Of a stretch of DNA of 53,900 nt, positions 36,221-44,400 are shown one piece after another. The notes under the pieces were generated by a model that did no database searches, was not told where the DNA came from, and worked only from the letters and a program-made list of their open reading frames with translations. How positions within the stretch are numbered: the first letter of the stretch is position 1; the number at the start of each line of letters is the position of its first letter. A program made the translations under genes and the position numbers. This DNA is from a virus (Duplodnaviria; Caudoviricetes): positions 1 to 53,900 of the IMG/VR virus record IMGVR_UViG_3300032308_002516; one strand, 5' to 3'.

Positions 36221-37044
36221 TGGACTACGATCGTTCTTTGCTCAAAGAAATCCTGAGCAAACCCGAATGGAAACACTTTAAAGCCACTGGAAAGCTACCA
36301 GAAGGGTTTCAGTATCCTCATCCTAAACTTATCCCCCCAGGGCAAACATCTACTATAACTGTTCTTTGTGTTAGATTTGGCAGTGGATACGGAATTGAAT
36401 ATGTAGAAAAACTAAGGAACATGGTATCGAGAAATATCACTGTTCCTTATGAATTTTGCTGTCTTACAGATGATCTTACTCCTATACAAGGTGTTCGATT
36501 AATATATCAAAAAAATGCCGGCTACTTCAAACAATGGTGGCACAAAGTACACATGTTCGACGTTTCTTTACCTATAGAAGGAAGGATACTATACTTCGAT
36601 TTAGATGTTATCATCAATTCTAACATAGACAAGCTTGTAAAAAATCAAGTTGATTTTTTAGGCATACGAGATTTCAATAGAAAATTCCATCCAGGATGGC
36701 GAATACTAAACAGTTCTGTTATGACATGGATACACGGAAGCCAAAATAAGATTTGGAACGAATTTAAAAATAATCCGGCTCAGGCGATGAAACTGCACGG
36801 AGATCAAGATTGGATATGGAAATGTGCTAAAGATAAAATCAAATTTTTTCCGGATCAATGGATACAGAGTTATAAATGGGAGATCCGTAAAAAAGAAGAA
36901 ATATCACTTATTAACGGACAAAGAAACTTTCGAGAAGTCAAAACTACTGTAGATATACATCCAGAATGCTGTGTAGCTGTGTTTCACGGGGATCCAAAAC
37001 CACAGGATATCAAAGATAGATTCGTCATTGACAACTGGCAATAA
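36220..37044 (+). CDS. GT-A glycosyltransferase (GT8-like)
   Basis: CLTDD, WWHK, YFDLDVII, NSSVM, GDQDWI, FHGDPKP. Confidence 0.85.
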   Translation: MDYDRSLLKEILSKPEWKHFKATGKLPEGFQYPHPKLIPPGQTSTITVLCVRFGSGYGIEYVEKLRNMVSRNITVPYEFCCLTDDLTPIQGVRLIYQKNAGYFKQWWHKVHMFDVSLPIEGRILYFDLDVIINSNIDKLVKNQVDFLGIRDFNRKFHPGWRILNSSVMTWIHGSQNKIWNEFKNNPAQAMKLHGDQDWIWKCAKDKIKFFPDQWIQSYKWEIRKKEEISLINGQRNFREVKTTVDIHPECCVAVFHGDPKPQDIKDRFVIDNWQ

Positions 37045-37056
37045 TCATGTTATAAT
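37028..37056 (+). promoter_or_regulatory. Consensus sigma70 (early) promoter; leaderless start at 37063
   Basis: TTGACA-17 nt-TATAAT, ATG 6 nt downstream. Confidence 0.88.
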
Positions 37057-37062
37057 AGTAAC

Positions 37063-37245
37063 ATGAATGATAAAATCAAGAAAATCGCAGAGAAAACCAA
37101 TTTTACCATAGCAGACAGTCCATTATGGAAATTAAAAGTGGAAGAGTTTGCTGAAGAACTAGTAAAAGAGTGCGCCGCGTTTATGGACGAATATTCTGAT
37201 CGAACAGGACGTGATTTGTTAGACCATTTCGAAATTAAAAAATGA
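37063..37245 (+). CDS. Small hypothetical protein
   Basis: FAEELVKEC pattern; overlaps the uvsE start. Confidence 0.7.
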   Translation: MNDKIKKIAEKTNFTIADSPLWKLKVEEFAEELVKECAAFMDEYSDRTGRDLLDHFEIKK

Positions 37246-38264
37246 TAAAAAGGATTGGCTTTGCCTGTAAGTGGATAGACCATCCCGGTCAAGTAGATGG
37301 TATTAAGCCTAAAGACGACTGTAAAAAATACAATACAGGTAGCACCACAGTAGCTTGGTTAAATAGACAGACCAAGGATGTGGCAGTAGAAAAGCTCTGG
37401 TCGTTAATGGAGCAGAATATTGAATCGTGCCGCTTACTTGTTGAACGAGTAGGAGAACTTGATGAAAATCTTAGAATGGTACGACTCAGTAGCGATATAC
37501 TTCCTGTGTACACTGAGCCAACTTGGAGTTGGTTTTGGCGGACTCCCGATGTCCGAGCCTATTGTGAAAGAGCATTTGGAGCCGTGGGCGATTTGGCCCG
37601 CAAGAATAATGTTAGGCTTAGTTTTCATCCTGGCCAGTTTACTGTGTTGGCTAGCGATAATCCAGATATCGTAAATCGTTCAATTGAAGAATTTGAATAC
37701 CATGTGGACATGGCTCGCTGGATGGGCTATGGCAAAACGTTCCAAGACTACAAGATCAACGTCCACATCGCAGGACGACAAGGACCGATGGGCATCGTTG
37801 CTGCATTGGCTAGGATGACCCCCGAGGCACGTAATTGTCTTACTATCGAGAATGACGAAATATCCTGGGGCATCGATTCTAGTATTGAACTAGTTGATCA
37901 CTGTGCCCTAGTTCTTGACATACATCATCATTGGATACACTCAGGAGAATACATTGAAGCGAACGACGACCGTGTTAAAAGGATTATTGATAGCTGGCGT
38001 GGTCAGCGGCCTGTTATACATTATAGTGTATCACGGGAAGAACATCTTACTGATCATTCCACCGACACCTTACCCAATCTTAGCACGTTAATGGAAAGTG
38101 GGCATAAAAAAGCAAAACTCAGAGCTCATTCGAATTTCTACTGGAATCGAGCAGCTAATGAATGGGCACTGAGTTTTAGGGATAACTTCGACATCATGTG
38201 CGAGAGCAAAGCGAAAAATCTCGCATCATTCGCTCTTTACGAACAAGCAGTCAATGGATCATAG
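37242..38264 (+). CDS. uvsE: UV DNA damage endonuclease
   Basis: RIGFAC, RLSS, RLSFHPGQF, NVH, TIENDE, VLDIHHHW, RAHS, MCESKAK. Confidence 0.93.
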   Translation: MIKRIGFACKWIDHPGQVDGIKPKDDCKKYNTGSTTVAWLNRQTKDVAVEKLWSLMEQNIESCRLLVERVGELDENLRMVRLSSDILPVYTEPTWSWFWRTPDVRAYCERAFGAVGDLARKNNVRLSFHPGQFTVLASDNPDIVNRSIEEFEYHVDMARWMGYGKTFQDYKINVHIAGRQGPMGIVAALARMTPEARNCLTIENDEISWGIDSSIELVDHCALVLDIHHHWIHSGEYIEANDDRVKRIIDSWRGQRPVIHYSVSREEHLTDHSTDTLPNLSTLMESGHKKAKLRAHSNFYWNRAANEWALSFRDNFDIMCESKAKNLASFALYEQAVNGS

Positions 38265-39036
38265 TAGTATACCATTTCCTGTAGAATCGCCATTTCATAT
38301 GCGTCCACACATGAAACTATGGGACGGTTCCGATCCCATACTTTTCAAGGACGAAGAATATGATATGTATATCGAAGAAAAGAAAAAATATTATGGTCCG
38401 TTCTACGGAGACAATGTTGATAATTCTTTGATAAAATCTGCGATACAATCTTTAAAAAAATACACAACAGTTCCTCTTATAGATAACGACTCCGACGGGC
38501 TTGTATATAAACTGACGATGAGTATGCAGGAAGATTTTGTCATATTGGCTTCAAATCAAAAAGGCCAATTTTCTGCACAGGTATTAAGTGTACATCTTCC
38601 ATCTGGCTGGAACCCTAAGGAAAAAGCGAACTTAAATTTTTTAGAAATACACGAACCCCTGGCAGATGCCGAAATGATAAAGCGATCTTCCGATCATATC
38701 AGCAAGCTGATCTGTACCAAAGGCCCATTTGTTAGACATGTGTGGACTATTTCTAACAGTGATCAACTAAGCAGAAGACCGGATCTAACCTGGCCCTGGT
38801 CGGACGAGAATCTAGATCAAATGTACTATCGAGTCGAAAGACAGACGACTATTCCAGTCAACGAGAACTGTGCTCTATTCCTTATAAGAGTATTTGTCTG
38901 CCCATTAAAAGACATATTTGAAGATCAGGAAAAGAAAGATCGAATCATAGACAGCGTCTTTTCTATGACCGATGCTGTATTAGAGTATAAAAATTTAAAA
39001 TACGTTAAAGAATATTTTAGTCTGCATGCCTTGTGA
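38254..39036 (+). CDS. DUF3445 / heme-dependent oxidative N-demethylase alpha-like protein
   Basis: QEDFVI, VHLPSGWNPKEK, EIHEP, FVRHVW, RVERQT, LFLIR. Confidence 0.75.
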   Translation: MDHSSIPFPVESPFHMRPHMKLWDGSDPILFKDEEYDMYIEEKKKYYGPFYGDNVDNSLIKSAIQSLKKYTTVPLIDNDSDGLVYKLTMSMQEDFVILASNQKGQFSAQVLSVHLPSGWNPKEKANLNFLEIHEPLADAEMIKRSSDHISKLICTKGPFVRHVWTISNSDQLSRRPDLTWPWSDENLDQMYYRVERQTTIPVNENCALFLIRVFVCPLKDIFEDQEKKDRIIDSVFSMTDAVLEYKNLKYVKEYFSLHAL

Positions 39037-39376
39037 TATAATTCACACGCATTTTTTTAGGATGGAAATATTCGTTGACTACCATCTTAGCAGTTTCAAT
39101 ATCAAATGTCTTACAACTAAAGACATCAAAGTAGGCAGTACCATCTAATTCCATAAAATGACCACAGATGTTAGAAGTGGTTATTAACTGCATCAAACTG
39201 TATCCCTGCTTAGGATCACCCGGCAACAGATATTCGATAATCGGTTCCCCGTGTGCTGTCATATCTATCCTAGAAACTAGATCCTTGATAAAATCATAGA
39301 TATTGTCGCGGCTTGCGATACTTTCGATATCGCAGCCGCTACAATCTAGCATTAGGTGATAACCCCAATAGCTCAT
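39017..39376 (-). CDS. speD: S-adenosylmethionine decarboxylase-family proenzyme (class 1b)
   Basis: GYHLMLDC, GYS...ITTSNICGH, DVFSC. Confidence 0.8.
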   Translation of the reverse strand: MSYWGYHLMLDCSGCDIESIASRDNIYDFIKDLVSRIDMTAHGEPIIEYLLPGDPKQGYSLMQLITTSNICGHFMELDGTAYFDVFSCKTFDIETAKMVVNEYFHPKKMRVNYITRHAD

Positions 39377-39377
39377 A

Positions 39378-39680
39378 TCACTTGGCCTTGGGCTTACGTC
39401 CAGCTGCTTTCTTTACGGTTTGCTTGGCCTTGGCAGTTGTTTTTTTAACAACTGTCTTGGCTTTTTCTGCAACAACCTTAACGTCAGCAGCATCTACCTT
39501 GCCGTCTTTGTTTGCGTCAGCGGTTTCTGTTACACCGCAGACAACATTCTGAACAGCAGCTTTTACATCAGCAGAATCAACTTTTCCATCTTTGTTTACA
39601 TCGAAGCTTTTTGCGCTACGATTGTAATAAACAAAAAAGCCAATTACCACTAGGGCGATTGCTATAAGTACGATTTCCAT
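39378..39680 (-). CDS. Membrane-anchored protein with two EF-hand/dockerin-like loops and a Lys-rich tail
   Basis: N-terminal transmembrane segment; DVNKDGKVDSAD and DANKDGKVDAAD. Confidence 0.75.
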   Translation of the reverse strand: MEIVLIAIALVVIGFFVYYNRSAKSFDVNKDGKVDSADVKAAVQNVVCGVTETADANKDGKVDAADVKVVAEKAKTVVKKTTAKAKQTVKKAAGRKPKAK

Positions 39681-39700
39681 GGTTAAATCTCCTTGTGGTT

Positions 39701-39715
39701 TATTTACACTAAATA
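39701..39715. promoter_or_regulatory. Overlapping divergent late-type promoters (TGTAAATA minus, ACTAAATA plus)
   Basis: The plus box is 6 nt before ATG 39722. Confidence 0.6.
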
Positions 39716-39721
39716 TGCAAT

Positions 39722-40288
39722 ATGGACATAAAAAAGTACGTAGATATTGTCGTTTTGGCAGAATCTAAAGCAGATTCTATAGAACAAGAAAAGCTATCTT
39801 TTGGACATAAAGATCTAGATCCCGTTATGAGCGAAGCCACGCTAAAGTATCACTACGACGGATTAGCTGCCAAATACTCCGAACGCTATAACGCAGGCGA
39901 GGGAGATCCAGATTTTAACTACGGTGGTGCTATGCTCCATAATATCTTCTTTTCTAATTTGGCCCCTCCTAAATCATCAAATAAACCTTCGGGGCTCAGT
40001 AAGACGTTGATAGATAAAAAATACGGTGATTTTGACAAGTTTAAAGCTGCTGTGGAAAAAACTGCTATGTCAATACAGGGCAGCGGTTGGCTATATATGG
40101 ATATGTCTGGAGAAATCCGCACGATACGCAATCATGAGTATAAAAAGAATATGCGTATTGCTATGTTGATCGATTGGTGGGAACATGCTTGGGCCCTTGA
40201 TTATCAACAGGACAAAGCCAAATACCTAAACAATATTTGGCGTATCATCAACTGGGAAACCGTTGACATTAGACTACAAGGAGTGTAA
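39722..40288 (+). CDS. sod: Fe/Mn superoxide dismutase
   Basis: LDPVMSEATLKYH, GGAMLHNIFF, GSGW, DWWEHA. Confidence 0.88.
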   Translation: MDIKKYVDIVVLAESKADSIEQEKLSFGHKDLDPVMSEATLKYHYDGLAAKYSERYNAGEGDPDFNYGGAMLHNIFFSNLAPPKSSNKPSGLSKTLIDKKYGDFDKFKAAVEKTAMSIQGSGWLYMDMSGEIRTIRNHEYKKNMRIAMLIDWWEHAWALDYQQDKAKYLNNIWRIINWETVDIRLQGV

Positions 40289-40289
40289 A

Positions 40290-40403
40290 ATGTTAGATAC
40301 AATAGTATTATTATTAATTGGTGCCTTCATAGGTTGGCATTTTCCTGAGCCTAGCTGGGCAAAGGTGATCAAAGCCAAAGTTCTAGGAATGATCAAGAAA
40401 TAA
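40290..40403 (+). CDS. 37-aa membrane peptide (missing from the ORF track)
   Basis: AAGGAG SD; MLDTIVLLLIGAFIGWHFPEPSWAK...; fills the sod-iscU gap. Confidence 0.7.
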   Translation: MLDTIVLLLIGAFIGWHFPEPSWAKVIKAKVLGMIKK

Positions 40404-40412
40404 GGAACAAGC

Positions 40413-40799
40413 ATGGCATACTCAGAGAAAGTGATCGATCACTACGAAAATCCACGTAATGTAGGTAGTTTCTCTAAGGATGACTCCGGGGTAGGCACTG
40501 GCATGGTCGGTGCTCCTGCCTGCGGAGACGTGATGAAACTACAGATCAAGGTGGATCATGATACAGGTATTATTACAGACGCTCGCTTTAAAACGTATGG
40601 CTGCGGATCGGCGATCGCAAGTTCCAGCCTTGTCACAGAATGGGTCAAAGGAAAAACACTTGACGAAGCAGGAACAATCAAAAACAGTCAAATCGCAGAA
40701 GAGCTAGCACTTCCCCCAGTTAAGATACATTGTTCAATACTTGCCGAAGACGCTATCAAGGCCGCGATAAATGATTACCGTAACAAATACAGCAGCTGA
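40413..40799 (+). CDS. iscU: Fe-S cluster assembly scaffold
   Basis: MAYSEKVIDHYENPRNVG, APACGD, GCGSAIASSS, LPPVKIHC. Confidence 0.97.
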   Translation: MAYSEKVIDHYENPRNVGSFSKDDSGVGTGMVGAPACGDVMKLQIKVDHDTGIITDARFKTYGCGSAIASSSLVTEWVKGKTLDEAGTIKNSQIAEELALPPVKIHCSILAEDAIKAAINDYRNKYSS

Positions 40800-41097
40800 A
40801 AAAATCCAACAAAATCTAAATCGTAGGGGCAAAGGCAAAGGCATTTCCATAGGCGTAAGAACCACTGGCTGCTCTGGTTTAGCCTATACTTTAGAATATC
40901 TCGACGATACTGGTAATTTAGAACCTGGTTATACCAAGCTCTATGAAAATTTCTGTGTTTATATCAACGGAAAATATCTTCCTTATTTTTCAGAATTAGA
41001 AATAGACTACGTGAAAAACGGCTTGAATGAAGGGTTTGAATTCCGAAATTCCGCTGAAAAAGATCGCTGCGGCTGCGGCGAAAGCTTCAGAATCTAG
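40771..41097 (+). CDS. iscA: A-type Fe-S carrier
   Basis: TTGCSGLAY, GLNEGFEF, CGCGESF. Confidence 0.93.
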   Translation: MITVTNTAAEKIQQNLNRRGKGKGISIGVRTTGCSGLAYTLEYLDDTGNLEPGYTKLYENFCVYINGKYLPYFSELEIDYVKNGLNEGFEFRNSAEKDRCGCGESFRI

Positions 41098-41381
41098 TAC
41101 TTGCCTACTGGCCAGTCTATGCTAGCTGGCATATCCCATATCTTTTTACGCTCGACTCCTTTACGCTGAGCGAATCTTTTAGCATCACAATTAGCACAGC
41201 AATGAAAGTAATTATTGCTGAGTCTCTTTCTGTCTACTTTTTTTAAAGTCCTTTCGAAGACACTGTCACAGTTGTCGCAGCGAAATATAGCCACTGTCTG
41301 CCTACGTAGGTATTCGTGTACTAGACCTAATTTGCTGACCCTTAAATGCTGGATCATTCTTGTTTCTGTCTTGAGGAACAT
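41094..41381 (-). CDS. Small zinc-ribbon hypothetical protein
   Basis: CDNC...CCANC; TGTAAATA 4 nt upstream (41386-41393). Confidence 0.7.
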   Translation of the reverse strand: MFLKTETRMIQHLRVSKLGLVHEYLRRQTVAIFRCDNCDSVFERTLKKVDRKRLSNNYFHCCANCDAKRFAQRKGVERKKIWDMPASIDWPVGKY

Positions 41382-41450
41382 TGATTATTTACATCCGGCT
41401 TATAAAATTTTGGGCTAAATATTATCGATAACCATTTACCAGGGTAAATT

Positions 41451-44400
41451 ATGGCACGTAAGATCATTGATATAGGTGTAGTTGGCAATGACGGCACCGG
41501 CGATAGTATTCGCGATTCCTTCCGTAAAGTAAACGAAAACTTCCGTGAACTTTACAGTTCTCTAGGCTTAGGGGAAAGATTAACCCTAATCGAACTAGAC
41601 GACCTGAGATTAAACAGAGATACGCAACCTTATAAAGAATTGGGCGGATATCTAGGACAGGAAAATGCTGTTTTATCTGTAAACACTGACGAAAGCGGTG
41701 TGGCATTTAAACAGTTAGTAGGCGAGGGAGTTGCTATTGATTTCAGCAACCCCGGAGAAATTAGATTTACCACTGAGTTCTCCGCATTGGTTTCTGATCC
41801 TGATCCAAAATTAGGCAGCGATCTCAGCGCCAAATCTGGAGGTCTACAGCATAGAATCGTAGATCTTGGAACTGATCTTAGCCCATTATTCCCTATCTAT
41901 CAACACGAAGCTACTTCTAAGGGCTATGTAGATACTAAGCTAGCCATAGGCGGTACAGAAGCGATTGACCCAAGAACCAACGAAGTAAACACTGCTTTTG
42001 GTAAAATGACTGGTCCTTTGATTCTATCAAGAGACCCACAACCGGACGACGACGAAATCTACGACGGTCTTATCGCAGCTACGAAAAGATATGTTGATAA
42101 TTCGGGTTTCGGATCTAGAGTTAACTTGTATGTGGCCACGTCCGGCGAGGATGATCGAGTAGGTGTTAGCTCAGAATTACAGGGCCGAGCACTGTCTTAT
42201 GCTTATAGAACCCTCGAAGCTGCTTTAAAGAAAGCAGAAGAAATCATGCTAGAATCTCGAGTAGAGATGGGAGCATACAAAAAAGTTTTAACCTATAACG
42301 ACGGTGCTAATCAAGCTACCTTAGATTTCGTCGACGATGCCCCATTCGCTGGATCTGGGTTCGCAGGACAGGTCTATGTCAGTGTAGATACGATCACTAT
42401 TAATAATCCTGGTCAAAACTATGCCGTGGGAGATATCGTCTCACTGTCAGGTGGCGAATCTACACAGGCAGCTACCTATGAAGTATTATCTGTAGGAGCT
42501 CTTCCAGGAACATCTAAAGGTCCTATTCTAACTATTAGACAGCTGACATCTGGTGTATACAGTATAACACCAGGCAGCACAAATGTTCCTACATCAGTAA
42601 ACAGGCCCTTCGGTGTTAATGCTACTTTCAATGTAACCTACAAAGTTAACAATGTTAGAATTAAAACATTGGCTGAAGATGGAATAGATGGAAGAGGTAG
42701 TGGTTATGGCCTAGTGTCTGTACGTATTACCGGTGGGGGCGGTACTGGAGCTTTTGGTACTGCTGAAGTAGTAGGTGGACAAATATTAAGCATTACAGTT
42801 ACAGACCAAGGCAGTGGGTTTACCTCAGTGCCTAATGTGTTTGTCAGCTTGCCTAGATTCTTATTAAAGACAGAATTCCAAAGAACAGACTTTACCGGTG
42901 ACGTTACTACAAACACCGCAGCGGCCATTAGAGGAAGAGACGTTAGAGAAGGACTGTTTCTCAGAGGAGAAACCTCAGGAGCACTGGCTCAGATTCTTTC
43001 TCACAGCGGACAGCTAGATAGCGAAGGTCGTGAAATATTTGATGTCGATATCAAATACGGTACATTCGAATTAAACGAGCCTATATCCTACGGCGACGTT
43101 GCCAAAGAAACACAGATCACTATTTTAGTAGAAACCGGTATCTACGAAGAAAACTTACCGTTACGTGTACCACCTAACGTTTCTATAGTAGGTGATGAAT
43201 TTAGACGTTGTATCGTTAGACCCAAACCTGGACCTAGTTCTAGCCCCTGGGCTTTCACTTATTTCAGAAGAGATATCACTATTGGTGGACCTCCGCTGAC
43301 ACAGCAAGTATTCGACAACGTTGAAGAAATCTGGGAAGAAGAAAATATTCCTGGCGACACGCTGGTATTAACTTCAAGAACTTTCGGTTATCATTATCTA
43401 ACCAATCAAGGTCAACCAGTTATACCTTTGATCAATAACAAAGGATCATACAGAGCTGCTGCAGAACTGTTGAAATTAAACAGACAGTTCTTACAGAAAG
43501 AAGTGATAGCCTGGATCGAATATCAGATCGAACAACAACTGGCTCCATTTGACACTGACCCTACATTTAATTTCAGCAGAAATATCTGCGAAAGGGACGT
43601 AGGATTGTTGATAGATTCTATCGTATTTGACCTTAAGTACGGCGGTTCAGACAGAACCGTGTCCGCAGGTTTAAAATATTTCCAAAACGCCAGTTCTATC
43701 GGTGATCCAGAGGTGGTTCTCACAGAACAACTGTCTCAGACTGTAGCAGCCAACAGAAGGCTGTTAGCACTGGCACAACTAGTCATTAAGAACGTACAGA
43801 TAACAGAACTATTTCAATTCACAGTTCCGCAGATCATTGATAATGCTTTCATAGCAGAAAGTGGTGTAGGTGGAGCAGAAGATTCTATCACCGGTGTAGC
43901 ATTAACCAATCCCGTGGCCATTACCACTTTTAGTGCGCATGGTCTAGCACAGGGACAGAGAATAGTACTCAGCGGAATAGGCGGTGCTGTTGAACTCAAC
44001 GGTAACGACTACTACATCGATATTATCAATGCGGCTTCGTTCTATATTTTCAGAGACGAAGGACTGAACGATCCTATCGACGGAGAAACAGAAGATATAT
44101 CAAACTATACCAGCGGTGGTACAGTGACTAACCTAGGAGGTGTTCTAGGAGATCTTATCGAAATGGCATTTATCGATGTTCTCGAAGGATCAGCTTCTGT
44201 AAACTCTCCTAAAAACAACGATCAGATGGACATGTTCTTGGCTAACGACAGTAATCGTTGGCAAGCTTTAACTGGTCAGGGTCATGGTGGTTTCATGATG
44301 GTTCTGGACCCAACCGGTCAGATCCTTTCTCGTTCTCCATACGCACAGGAATGTGCTTCTTTCTCTGGCAGTACAGGAAAACAAAGATTCGCCGGTGGTA

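Noticed and set aside
1346-40131. Short nested or antisense ORFs within enzyme and early genes (e.g. 1346, 4806, 16650, 29222, 30580, 37459)
   Set aside because: Fully overlapped by well-supported genes, with no independent signals
41434-41449. ATTTAC-CAGG-GTAAAT hairpin just before the giant gene start
   Set aside because: Short and AT-rich; could modulate translation but is too weak to call
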